From Alphaproteobacteria bacterium (lineage in GTDB: Bacteria; Pseudomonadota; Alphaproteobacteria; MPNO01; UBA2964), in assembly GCA_049602055.1 (NCBI GenBank), contig JBMYRG010000018.1, forward strand, positions 2,089 through 66,088: 64,000 nucleotides of DNA. The letters run 5' to 3'. This document shows, piece after piece, positions 18,392 through 27,956 of this stretch (position 1 is the stretch's first letter; each line of letters starts with the position of its first letter). A program made the position numbers and the translations under genes. The notes under the pieces are model-generated. The model did not search any database. It was not told the DNA's origin and worked only from the letters and a program-made list of their open reading frames with translations.

Positions 18392-18907
18392 TCAGGACGA
18401 ATAGCTGACCAGGGCATCAAACGGCACGTCGAGATGATCTCGGCCTTTAAGGAAATCCAGCTCTATAATGCAGGCGGCAGCCTTAACATCGGCATCGAGA
18501 CGCCGAAGGAGATTGATGCCGGCGGTCATGGTGCCGCCAGTCGCAAGCAAATCATCAACGATTACGACTTTTTGGCCTGGAGTTGTGGCATCTGCCTGGA
18601 TTTCAATGGTGTCTGTGCCGTATTCGAGCGCATAGGTAAAAGCGATGGTTTCGCCGGGGAGTTTTTCCTTTTTACGGATCATCGCAAAGCCGCAGCCGAG
18701 GGCATAGGCAACGGGCGCCGCGACCAAAAAACCGCGGGATTCAATGCCGAATAACATATCCGGTTTATATTTACTGATCCGTTCCGCCATTTGGTCGACG
18801 GTCGCTTTCCAGGCGTCCTTGTGCTGGAGCAACGTAGAAATATCATAGTAAAGAATACCCGGTTTCGGAAAATCGGGGATCGTTCGAATATGGTTCTTGA
18901 TGTCCAT
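18392..18907 (-). CDS. apt: adenine phosphoribosyltransferase
   Basis: Aligns along E. coli Apt: [33 protein letters not shown]-binding motif; 171 aa. Confidence 0.9.
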   Translation of the reverse strand: MDIKNHIRTIPDFPKPGILYYDISTLLQHKDAWKATVDQMAERISKYKPDMLFGIESRGFLVAAPVAYALGCGFAMIRKKEKLPGETIAFTYALEYGTDTIEIQADATTPGQKVVIVDDLLATGGTMTAGINLLRRLDADVKAAACIIELDFLKGRDHLDVPFDALVSYSS

Positions 18908-19182
18908 TCTGGTACTCTGAAGTTACGGTTTATTGGTGAAGTTGCATCCTATCGGCGCGTCGTTGGTGGCGCAAACACCTTGATATCTGTAGCCAATTCT
19001 TGACTCGTCGGCAGTTGGACAGGCATGGTTACGGCATTGGTTTATCGAAGCGGACTTCGATGTCGGCAAATTTCCCGGCTTCGGCAAGGTTTCGATTTAA
19101 TGGTTGGTTCGGTGTCTGCTGTCAGGGGCGATAGTCGATGGCAAAGAGCCTAAATCTAATTTTTGATAGGGAGGGGTGACCC

Positions 19183-20172
19183 ATGCAACGTATTCTATTC
19201 TCGGCCTTAGCTGGTGTACTGGCCTTTGGTTTGACCACAACGTCAGATGCCGCCAGCAAAAAGCGGTTTATTTCAATCGGTACTGGTGGGCCGACGGGAG
19301 TTTATTTTCAGGTTGGTAACGCTGTTTGCCGTCTAGTCCACAAAGAAGCCGCTGAAGGCCGCAAGAAAGGTCGTAAGCACGGTATCCGCTGTTCCGCGCC
19401 TTCTACGGGTGGTTCGAACTACAATATCGGCCAGATCAAGGAAGGCGAACTGGATTTCGGTGTCGCTCAGTCTGACTGGCAGCATCATGCTTATAACGGC
19501 ACCAGTGCCTGGAAGGGAAAGCAGTTCAAGAAAGTTCGTGCGGTTTTTTCCGTACATCCTGAGCCCCTGCATATTATTGCGGGCGGTAACTCCGGTATCA
19601 CTGGATGGGATAGCCTGAAAGGCAAGCGCGTCAATATCGGCAATGCGGGCTCAGGCCAGCGGGGCACGATGGACTTCCTGATGAAGCGGGCCGGTTGGAA
19701 AAAGAGTGCGTTTAAGGCCGCGACTGAACTGACATCGACAGAGCAATCCAAAGCGCTGTGTGATGGCAAGATTGACGCCTTCATCTATACGGTCGGTGTC
19801 CCGAATGCCGGTGTGTCTGTTGCCACGGATGGCTGTGGTGCGAAGATTGTTAACTTCAACAACAAGTTGGCTAGTGGTCTTGTGAAAGAACGTCCTTACT
19901 ATGCTTGGGCGACCATTCCTAAAGGGACCTATAAAACGACGTCAGCCGACGTTACGACATTTGGTGTCATGGCGACATTTGTCACCAGCGCCGATGTTGA
20001 TGAAAAAACGGTTTACGAAGTAACCCGGGCTGTAATGGAAAATCTTGATGATTTCCGCAAATTGCATCCGGCCTTCCGGAACCTTGATCCCAAGCGCATG
20101 ATCAGCGATGGCCTGTCGGCTCCGCTGCACAAAGGTGCGTTGAAGTACTACAAGGAAAAAGGCTGGAAGTAA
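19183..20172 (+). CDS. TRAP transporter substrate-binding protein, TAXI family
   Basis: Signal peptide, then IGTGGPTGVYFQVGNAV (TAXI/Imm-like signature). RBS GGGAGG. Confidence 0.8.
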   Translation: MQRILFSALAGVLAFGLTTTSDAASKKRFISIGTGGPTGVYFQVGNAVCRLVHKEAAEGRKKGRKHGIRCSAPSTGGSNYNIGQIKEGELDFGVAQSDWQHHAYNGTSAWKGKQFKKVRAVFSVHPEPLHIIAGGNSGITGWDSLKGKRVNIGNAGSGQRGTMDFLMKRAGWKKSAFKAATELTSTEQSKALCDGKIDAFIYTVGVPNAGVSVATDGCGAKIVNFNNKLASGLVKERPYYAWATIPKGTYKTTSADVTTFGVMATFVTSADVDEKTVYEVTRAVMENLDDFRKLHPAFRNLDPKRMISDGLSAPLHKGALKYYKEKGWK

Positions 20173-20192
20173 TTTCAGTTTAGCGAGTTAAA

Positions 20193-20229
20193 ACGGCGGG
20201 CGCCTATCAGCGTCCGCCGTTTTGCGTTT
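20193..20229 (+). terminator. intra-operon rho-independent terminator/attenuator between the TAXI binding-protein gene and the permease gene
   Basis: ACGGCGGGCG-cctatcag-CGTCCGCCGT followed by TTTGCGTTT. Confidence 0.55.
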
Positions 20230-20246
20230 AGGGGAGAGGCGATAAA

Positions 20247-22628
20247 ATGGCGGATGTGACGGGAAACAACTCGGTAGAAGAAACCGCGGATGCTGAAGAG
20301 TTGCTCGAGCGGTTTGAGAGTTCGGGACGTGACGCCGGACCGACAGGGTTGAAACTGATTGTTGCCCTGACATTGTCCTGGGCACTTTTCCAGCTCTGGA
20401 TTGCATCGCCATTTCCCTTCCTGATCAACTTTGGGATTGTTGTAGATGTGCCAGCGCGGTCCGCACATCTCGCCTTTGCCCTTCTGCTTTGCTTTATCGT
20501 GTTCCCTGCGACCAAGCGTGTTACGAAACCCGGAATACCTGTCCGCGACCTTTTCCTGGGGGTAGCGGCGGCTCTCTGCGCGCTTTACCCGCTATTTGCG
20601 CAGGAAGGTATTACCAAGCGTGTTGGCGTTCTCCTGAAGATAGATCTGTGGGGAATGCAGGTGCCGATCGAAGCCATAATTGGCGGCCTCGGCATTTTGT
20701 TTTTGCTGGAAGCCACGCGACGCGCCATTGGTTTGCCGCTGGTGATCATTTGCGCCATCTTTCTGATGTTTTCGGTCTTCGGCCAGTCTATGCCCGATAT
20801 TGTATCCCATAAGGGTGTCTCGCTTGACCGGTTGATCGGTTATCAATGGCTGACGGGCGAAGCGATCTTTGGCATTCCAATCGATGTTTCGGTCAGCTTT
20901 GTCTTCCTGTTTGTTCTGTTTGGCGCGCTTCTCGAAAAAGCCGGGGCGGGTAAGTATTTCCTTGATCTGGCCTTTGCCATGGTTGGCCGCTATCGCGGCG
21001 GCCCGGCGAAAGCAGCGATCCTCGCCTCGGGTATGAATGGCGCTATTTCGGGGTCGTCGATTGCCAATGTTGTGACCACCGGTACCTTCACCATTCCGGT
21101 GATGAAAAAGATCGGTATTCCGGCTGTCAAGGCGGGGGCGATTGAAGTGGCGGCCTCGACCAATGGTCAGATCATGCCGCCGATTATGGGGGCTGCAGCC
21201 TTCATCATGGCCGAAACCATTGGTATTCCGTATTTTGACGTTGTGACGGCGGCTTTTATTCCTGCTGTTATCAGCTATCTGGCGCTGCTCTATATCTCAC
21301 ATCTCGAAGCAGAGAAGCTCGGCCTCAAGGGGCTGGACCCCGCTGATCTTCCTATACTCTGGACGACCTTTAAACGGGGCCTTCATTTTCTCGCGCCAAT
21401 CGTTGTTCTGGTGTACCTGCTTATGGTGGCCCGCTGGACGGCTGGTAGTGCGGTGTTTTATTCGAATGTCGTGATGATGGTGATCATTATCGGTCAGCGG
21501 GTGATCGAAGCTCGCTATCAAGGCGTCCCAATGCTTCAGGGCATCTGCAACGGCATTGGAGATATCCGCGATGGTCTCGTAGCGGGTGCCCGCAATATGA
21601 TCGGTATCGCTGTCGCCGTCGCTTCGGCGGGTATTATCGTCGGGGCGGTATCATCGACCGGGTTGAACAACGCGATGGTCGGTGTGGTTGAAGCAATATC
21701 CGGTGGCAATGTGTATGTCTTGCTGCTGCTGACAGCAGTGCTCTGCATCGTCCTCGGCATGGGGCTGCCAACGACAGCGAACTATCTCGTTGTCGCATCA
21801 CTGCTGGCAGGGGTGTTGGTCGAGCTCGGCAATGCCGCGGGTCTGATATTGCCGCTCATTGCCGTGCATCTCTTTGTGTTCTATTTCGGTTTGTTGGCGG
21901 ATTCGACGCCGCCAGTATGTCTGGCGGCCTTTGCGGCATCGGCGATTTCGCGTGCTGACCCCATGAAGACCGGTGTGCAGTCTTTTCTCTATGATATTCG
22001 GACGGCGGTTTTGCCCTTCGTCTTTATTTTCAATACGGAATTATTGCTGATTGGTGTCACCAGTATTTGGCATGGGGTGATGGTCTTCTGTGTCTCTCTC
22101 CTTGCCATATTGTGTTTTAGCTCGCTGACCCAGCAATGGATGTTCGTCCGCCTTAAATGGTTTGAATCGATCTTGTTGGTCTTCGCCATGGTAGGGCTGT
22201 TCCGGCCAGACTTTCTGCTGGACCGGGTGTATCCGGCATTCGCAACCGCGGACATTACGCGGGCGATTAAAGGTGATCTCGCGATTGAGAAGGGGCTTGC
22301 CTTCCGGCTCCATGTGGTGCGGGAAACGGATTATGGCGACCGCTTTAAACTGTTCCGCCTGTCAGCGTCAGAGAAACCCGGGCTGACACCATACGGTATT
22401 GAACTTGGCCAGAAAAAGGACGGTCGCTATCCAGTGACGAATGTGATGTTCAATAGCGTCGCAGCCAAAGCGGGTATCAGACCTTATGAGGACTATGTGA
22501 CCAATATCGATGTCGAACAGTTGGGACGGCCCGCTAAAGAATGGATCTATCCGATAGCGCTGTTAGCACTCGGACTGGCGATCCTGAGCCAACTCCTGCG
22601 GCGGCGGGCTAACCCAGTCAGCGCATGA
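20247..22628 (+). CDS. TRAP transporter fused permease (TAXI-type DctQ-DctM fusion)
   Basis: 793-aa polytopic membrane protein with a DctM-like core (…GMNGAISGSSIANVVTTGTFTIPVMKK…) and a C-terminal soluble extension. RBS GGAGAGG. Confidence 0.8.
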   Translation: MADVTGNNSVEETADAEELLERFESSGRDAGPTGLKLIVALTLSWALFQLWIASPFPFLINFGIVVDVPARSAHLAFALLLCFIVFPATKRVTKPGIPVRDLFLGVAAALCALYPLFAQEGITKRVGVLLKIDLWGMQVPIEAIIGGLGILFLLEATRRAIGLPLVIICAIFLMFSVFGQSMPDIVSHKGVSLDRLIGYQWLTGEAIFGIPIDVSVSFVFLFVLFGALLEKAGAGKYFLDLAFAMVGRYRGGPAKAAILASGMNGAISGSSIANVVTTGTFTIPVMKKIGIPAVKAGAIEVAASTNGQIMPPIMGAAAFIMAETIGIPYFDVVTAAFIPAVISYLALLYISHLEAEKLGLKGLDPADLPILWTTFKRGLHFLAPIVVLVYLLMVARWTAGSAVFYSNVVMMVIIIGQRVIEARYQGVPMLQGICNGIGDIRDGLVAGARNMIGIAVAVASAGIIVGAVSSTGLNNAMVGVVEAISGGNVYVLLLLTAVLCIVLGMGLPTTANYLVVASLLAGVLVELGNAAGLILPLIAVHLFVFYFGLLADSTPPVCLAAFAASAISRADPMKTGVQSFLYDIRTAVLPFVFIFNTELLLIGVTSIWHGVMVFCVSLLAILCFSSLTQQWMFVRLKWFESILLVFAMVGLFRPDFLLDRVYPAFATADITRAIKGDLAIEKGLAFRLHVVRETDYGDRFKLFRLSASEKPGLTPYGIELGQKKDGRYPVTNVMFNSVAAKAGIRPYEDYVTNIDVEQLGRPAKEWIYPIALLALGLAILSQLLRRRANPVSA

Positions 22629-23491
22629 TCTGGTTTGCACGCCTTTTCGGTCTGACGGGATGGTTCGTCCTTTGTGTGATGTTCCCCGCGCAGGCGGGAG
22701 GCGTCGCTAGGTTTGTTGCGCCTGAAACAGTGACTATCCCCGCGGGGCCGTTTATTCGCGGGTCTGATCGCGCAGAACGCGAAGCAGCCTATCGCCTGGA
22801 TGAACGCGCCTATGGACATAGTACAATCCGCGAACGCAAATGGTATGAGGACGAAAGACGGCGTATCGAAACGACCAAGCGCTACGCCATCACCCGGACC
22901 ACTATTACCAACCGAGACTACGCTATCTTCGTTCGTGAAACCGGGCACCGATCACCGGATGTCGATGCGAAGACCTGGAGGACCTATGGGCTAATTCATC
23001 CGTACCCTCGAACGCGGCGTCACGCCTGGATCGCCGGAACACCCCCTAAAGGGCGGGAGAGCCATCCTGTCGTCCTGGTCAGTCATAGCGACGTTCTGGC
23101 CTATGCGACCTGGCTTAGCAAGAAGACCGGTCGAGTCTGGCGGTTACCCACAGAAGATGAATGGGAGAAGGCAGTTCGGGGCACTGACGGTCGTCGCTAT
23201 CCGTCGGGCAATAAGTTTGATCCGTCGCGCCTCAACAGCCATGACAAAGGACCGTTTGATACCCAACCAGTCGGGCGATACCCTAAAGGTGCAGGCCCCT
23301 TTGGCTTGTTGGACGGCGCGGGTCAGGTGTTTGAATGGACGGCGACCAGCGCGGGCAAAGGGCGTTATATCGTCAAGGGTGGTTCCTGGGACGACAAAGG
23401 GTGCGGCATTTGTCGGCCTGCAGCGCGGCACGGGCGGCCGGACTATCTCAAACATATCCTCGTTGGCTTCCGTCTGGTACGCGAAGAGTGA
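22625..23491 (+). CDS. formylglycine-generating-enzyme (FGE-sulfatase/SUMF1) family protein, exported
   Basis: Motifs RLPTEDEWEKA, GQVFEWT, KGGSWDD, VGFRLV. Hydrophobic N-terminal signal or anchor. ATGA overlap with the permease stop. Confidence 0.7.
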   Translation: MIWFARLFGLTGWFVLCVMFPAQAGGVARFVAPETVTIPAGPFIRGSDRAEREAAYRLDERAYGHSTIRERKWYEDERRRIETTKRYAITRTTITNRDYAIFVRETGHRSPDVDAKTWRTYGLIHPYPRTRRHAWIAGTPPKGRESHPVVLVSHSDVLAYATWLSKKTGRVWRLPTEDEWEKAVRGTDGRRYPSGNKFDPSRLNSHDKGPFDTQPVGRYPKGAGPFGLLDGAGQVFEWTATSAGKGRYIVKGGSWDDKGCGICRPAARHGRPDYLKHILVGFRLVREE

Positions 23492-23668
23492 TCACGGTGA
23501 ATTTATCCTCACGACCTGCAAATGTGTTACCGGAATCCCTATTATATATGCATCCCCTATACGGGACGCCTTTGATTCTGGAGATGCCGTAAATGGCTGA
23601 TAGTTTGATACCTCACGATTTTCCACCGCCGCGCCCGGTCGATTTTACTAAAAATCCCCCGTGAGCGA

Positions 23669-24352
23669 TTGGAGGCGATGTATGAGGCTGGGTTGGAAGT
23701 CGTTGAATGCCACCGTGTTCTGGCCAAAACCAGCGATAACATCGTCGGCGAGTTGATCAGCGGCCATGATCAATTTTACGAGTGGGATCACTATCCAACG
23801 GGTGACGTGTTTGATCACGAAACCCATTCGCAGTTTTACTATCACGCCCATCCCCAGGAATTGCGGGGTGGGGAACATGGACATTTTCATACTTTCCTGC
23901 GTCCCAAGGGAATGCCCCGTGGGGTGAAACCCGCATTGGTAGCGGACTTAAAGACGCCAAAAGAAGATGACGAGGCCCTTAGTCATCTGATTGCCATTTC
24001 AATGGACAAGTTTGGGCTACCGATCCGGATGTTTACCACCAACCGCTGGGTAACCGGTGAATACTGGTATGAAGCGGAAGACGTCCGCAAAATGATTGAT
24101 CATTTTCTCATCGATCTCGCGCAGCCGTCCTGGCCGGTGAACCGCTGGGTGAGTGCGATAGTGCGGTTGTTCAGGCCTCAGATTGTATCCTTGATTGATG
24201 CGCGTGATATCGCTATTGCGCAGTGGGAAAAAAAGCATCCTGACGTTAATGTCTTTGAGGATGAAGATCTCGAGGTGACGTCAGCGCTAGAAATTAATAT
24301 CGACGCGCAGATCGCGGCTGTGACCGAGGCGTTGGAGAACGCCCCGGACTAA
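23669..24352 (+). CDS. conserved hypothetical protein with His-rich cupin-like motif
   Basis: 227 aa; YYHAHPQELRGGEHGHFH resembles cupin motif 1 (HxH…E…H). The ORF tool starts it at a TTG; the in-frame ATG at 23678 is only 2 nt from the GGAGG RBS, so the start is ambiguous. Confidence 0.4.
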   Translation: MEAMYEAGLEVVECHRVLAKTSDNIVGELISGHDQFYEWDHYPTGDVFDHETHSQFYYHAHPQELRGGEHGHFHTFLRPKGMPRGVKPALVADLKTPKEDDEALSHLIAISMDKFGLPIRMFTTNRWVTGEYWYEAEDVRKMIDHFLIDLAQPSWPVNRWVSAIVRLFRPQIVSLIDARDIAIAQWEKKHPDVNVFEDEDLEVTSALEINIDAQIAAVTEALENAPD

Positions 24353-24364
24353 AATTGCGGGCGG

Positions 24365-24772
24365 CTATTTGGTTGCTTTTTCCAGATAGGCGATCAGATT
24401 GTCGAGTTTTTCTGAATTCTTGAGGCCAGGAAAAGGCATCCGGTTGCCAGGAACGAATTTCTTGGGCGCTGCGAGATACTTTTTCAGTGTTTCCGCAGTC
24501 CACACCAAAGGCTTATCGCCGCTACCCGCTTTTTTCATGGCTGGTGAATACCGCCAGACCTTATTTGAACCCTTTGCTTTCCAGCTTCCAGCGGTCCGGC
24601 CAAATACGCCATTGAGGCTGGGACCAATCTTGCTGACGCCAGCGGCTAAAGAGTGACAAGCACGGCAACTATTGAAGACACGTTTGCCTTTTGCCGCATC
24701 ACCGGCTGCCGCAACAGATCCGGCAGCGAATACAACACTAAGGGCGGTAAGAGCGGCGGCGATGTATTTCAT
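24365..24772 (-). CDS. class I cytochrome c (cytochrome c2-like)
   Basis: Signal peptide MKYIAAALTALSVVFAAGSVAA, heme motif CRACH, a distal Met in the …GNRMPFPG… region, about 115-aa mature size. RBS AGGAG. Start at 24772. Confidence 0.85.
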   Translation of the reverse strand: MKYIAAALTALSVVFAAGSVAAAGDAAKGKRVFNSCRACHSLAAGVSKIGPSLNGVFGRTAGSWKAKGSNKVWRYSPAMKKAGSGDKPLVWTAETLKKYLAAPKKFVPGNRMPFPGLKNSEKLDNLIAYLEKATK

Positions 24773-25010
24773 GATAGGCTCCTGCGCTTTTTCTTGTTTG
24801 AAAATCAAATACTTCAATGAACTTCTGGACATATAATCGATCTATAAATTCCGTCAATGCCATATTGTTCAATATTTCGGGAATGGTATGCCATCTCCGC
24901 CTTAATCAGACGTTAACCGATAGTCGCCAAACTCTTTTACTACTAACGGCCCCGTTCAGCTTAAAAGCTCTACGGTCCGGCAATCATTATTGATTCTGAA
25001 AGTGGCGAAA

Positions 25011-26159
25011 ATGAGACAAACGCTAACGCAAACCGATGTACGTCGACTGCTGGAAGAACCGTCAGCAGCCAATCGTGAAGACGCCGCGCTAAAAGTTGCC
25101 AGCGCCTATAGCGCTGAAGAGTTGAGCGATGATGAGCGGAACATCGCCGAAGATATCATCCGGGTCATGACCCAGGATGCCGAGGTCCGGGTCCGTGCCG
25201 CGCTCTCTGAGAATCTCAAAGAATATACAGGCTTGTCCCACGATATCGCCAAAAAGCTGGCAAGTGACGTAGATGCCGTCGCGTTACCCGTCATTCAGTT
25301 TTCTGAGGTTTTAACAGACGATGATCTTCTTGAGATTATCCGCAACGAAGGCACGGAGAAGCAAACGGCTGTAGCGGGTCGTGCTCAGGTCTCTGAGAAG
25401 GTTTCTGAAGCCCTCGTCGATACTGGTAAAGAAGAGGTTGTCGCGACACTGGTCAGCAATGATGGTGCTCAGATATCAGATAAAACCTTCAGCAAGGTTA
25501 TTGATCATTTTGGTGAGAATGAACGTGTGAATGCCGGCATGGTCGGCCGTACCAAGCTACCCGTTGCTATCGCTGAACGACTGGTCAACCTGGTGTCGGA
25601 AAAGCTGCGCGATGAACTCGTGGCCCAGCACGAGTTGCCTGCGGATATCGCTTCAGACCTGATCCTGCAAAGTCGTGAACGTGCTACGCTAGGTCTGCTG
25701 GCGCCGGATGACGGGATTATGGACGTGCATGCGCTTATCACGCAGCTCAACAAGAATGGTCGTTTGACGCCGTCCATTATTCTACGCGCAATCTGTATGG
25801 GTGATATTGAGTTTTTCGAAATCAGCGTTTCTGTTCTTTCACGCCTCCCGCTGGGGGCGGCGCGCGCGCTCATCCATGACGAGGGAGCTCTTGGTTTGCC
25901 AGCGATTATAGATCGAGCCGGATTGCCCGAAGCCATGAAGCCGATGTTCAAGGCGGCAATCGATGTCGCTAATGAAACTCAATATGATGGCGGTGAAGAT
26001 GATCGTGAACGGTTCCGGCGGCGTATGCTCGAGCGGGTCCTAACCTATATGGAAGATCCCAGCGAAGGGCTTGGCGATGAGAACGCCGAGTATTTACTCG
26101 AACGGTTGTGCGGTCTTGATGTTTCTGGAACCTCACAATCCTGGCGAGCAGAAGCTTAA
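25011..26159 (+). CDS. DUF2336 domain protein
   Basis: About 380-aa acidic helical-repeat protein with repeated …AEDIIRVMTQDAEVRVRAALSENL… units. Recognised from memory as alphaproteobacterial DUF2336. A TTG at 24990 is an alternative start. Confidence 0.5.
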   Translation: MRQTLTQTDVRRLLEEPSAANREDAALKVASAYSAEELSDDERNIAEDIIRVMTQDAEVRVRAALSENLKEYTGLSHDIAKKLASDVDAVALPVIQFSEVLTDDDLLEIIRNEGTEKQTAVAGRAQVSEKVSEALVDTGKEEVVATLVSNDGAQISDKTFSKVIDHFGENERVNAGMVGRTKLPVAIAERLVNLVSEKLRDELVAQHELPADIASDLILQSRERATLGLLAPDDGIMDVHALITQLNKNGRLTPSIILRAICMGDIEFFEISVSVLSRLPLGAARALIHDEGALGLPAIIDRAGLPEAMKPMFKAAIDVANETQYDGGEDDRERFRRRMLERVLTYMEDPSEGLGDENAEYLLERLCGLDVSGTSQSWRAEA

Positions 26160-26260
26160 AGGCCTCCATCTTCCCCACCTTTTAGATATCGATCGAGGGC
26201 AGTTGTTGGACTGACCCGACCCGTCCTATTCTGTCCTCAATAAATTAGGGAGCGAAGAGT

Positions 26261-27940
26261 ATGGCTGGTCGACTTCAGGATAAAACGGCAATCGTCTTTG
26301 GGGCGGGGTCGCGCGGCGCGGGCTGGGGCAATGGCAAGGCCGCTGCGGTTTTGTTTGCCCGTGAAGGGGCCCGGATATTTGCCGTCGACATTAATCCTGA
26401 CGCGTTAGAGGAAACGCGCCTCATTATTGAAGGGGAGGGCGGCGACGTTGCCTGTGGTGTCGCTGATGTAACGGATAGTGCGTCCGTTGCAGCCATCGTG
26501 CAGGCCTGCGTCGATCACTTCGGCGGGATTGATATCCTGCACAATAATGTCGGGGCACCAGCGCCGGGTGATCCTGTCGAGATGGATGTAGAGGTTTGGC
26601 ACAAGAATATGGCCGTCAATATCGATTCCGCCTTTATGACCTGTAAGCACGTATTGCCGGTTCTTGCGGAGGGTGGCGGTGGCGCCGTAGTAAATATTGC
26701 CTCAATCGCCGGAATAAAGAATCTCGAACGCAGTCTTGTCGGGTATCAGGCCGGTAAAGCGGCGATGATTCAGCTATCGCGATCTGTCGCATCCCAATGG
26801 GCAGCGCGTGGTGTTCGATCCAACTGTATCCTGCCGGGATTGATGGCGACGCCGCTTGTGCTGGATCGAATCAACACGAGCTATGATACGCCGGAAACCC
26901 GCCAGGCGGCACTGGATGATCGTCATCGGATGATCCCGATGGGCTATATGGGTGACGCCTGGGATACCGCCTGGGCGGCAGTTTATCTGGCGTCCGACGA
27001 AGCCAAATATGTGACAGCGACAGAACTCATCGTTGATGGCGGCATTACCGCCGGGCGGCCTCTCGACTGGCGGGCAGGCACCGCTGACGATGTGGTTCGA
27101 GTCCCTGATGCGGATGCCCGGTCCGTCCCACAAACAGCACCACGCCTTGAAGGCAAAACCGCTTTAGTGGTCGGTGCAGGCTCACTGGGCCCCGGTATGG
27201 GCAATGGCAAAGCATCAGCCCTGTTGATGGCCCGTGAGGGGGCAAAGGTGTTTGCCGTTGATCGCAATCTCGAAGCGGTCCGGGAAACTCAGGCGCTGAT
27301 TGCTGCGGAGGGCGGTGAATGTGATGTTTGGCAGGCAGATGCGACTTCCGCTGGCGACGTCGAGAAAATGATTGCGGAATGTATGGAGCGTTTCGGACGT
27401 ATCGATATTCTGCACAATAACGTTGGAGGCTCCGCAGGGCATGGTGGGCCTTTGGATATGGATATCGATACCTGGTGCGACAATATTCTGTTCAATGTGA
27501 AGCCGGCCTTTCTGGCGAGCCGGAATGTGTTGCCGATCATGGAACGGCAGGGCGGTGGTTCCATAATTCATACGGGATCTATCTCCGGTATCAGTGTTCC
27601 TGAAAACCCGATGAACTCCTATCAAACCGGCAAAGGCGCGCTCATCCGGTTTTCGCGGGGGATGGCGCTTGAGTTCGCCCGAAAGGGTATACGGTCGAAC
27701 TGCGTCATCCCTGGCAAAATCCGAACGCCGATGACCGAAGTCCGTCAGGGCGAACGGTCGGGCAGCGCTGAGGCGGTTAAAGAAATTTTTGACCGCCGGG
27801 CCCGATCCGTGCCGCTGGGCCACATGGGCGAAGCGATGGATGTCGCCGGGGCGGTTGCCTATCTCGCGAGTGATCAGGCACGCTATGTCACGGCCAGTGA
27901 AATTGTCGTCGATGGTGGTCTAACGTCTAACTGTTGTTAA
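26261..27940 (+). CDS. tandem (fused) double SDR-family oxidoreductase
   Basis: Two complete SDR units, residues 1-280 and 281-559. Each has a Gly-rich NAD motif (GAGSRGAGWGNGKA / GAGSLGPGMGNGKA), NNVG, and YxxxK (YQAGK / YQTGK). RBS GGGAG. Confidence 0.8.
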   Translation: MAGRLQDKTAIVFGAGSRGAGWGNGKAAAVLFAREGARIFAVDINPDALEETRLIIEGEGGDVACGVADVTDSASVAAIVQACVDHFGGIDILHNNVGAPAPGDPVEMDVEVWHKNMAVNIDSAFMTCKHVLPVLAEGGGGAVVNIASIAGIKNLERSLVGYQAGKAAMIQLSRSVASQWAARGVRSNCILPGLMATPLVLDRINTSYDTPETRQAALDDRHRMIPMGYMGDAWDTAWAAVYLASDEAKYVTATELIVDGGITAGRPLDWRAGTADDVVRVPDADARSVPQTAPRLEGKTALVVGAGSLGPGMGNGKASALLMAREGAKVFAVDRNLEAVRETQALIAAEGGECDVWQADATSAGDVEKMIAECMERFGRIDILHNNVGGSAGHGGPLDMDIDTWCDNILFNVKPAFLASRNVLPIMERQGGGSIIHTGSISGISVPENPMNSYQTGKGALIRFSRGMALEFARKGIRSNCVIPGKIRTPMTEVRQGERSGSAEAVKEIFDRRARSVPLGHMGEAMDVAGAVAYLASDQARYVTASEIVVDGGLTSNCC

Positions 27941-27956
27941 TCGACGACAGGCTTTC

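Noticed and set aside
23669-24352. Assigning the cupin-like hypothetical protein to a cupin DMSP-lyase family (DddL/DddQ/DddK-like)
   Set aside because: The HxH…E…H cluster is near the N-terminus with different spacing from what I recall for those lyases. I cannot verify from memory, so I left it as an unassigned cupin-like protein.
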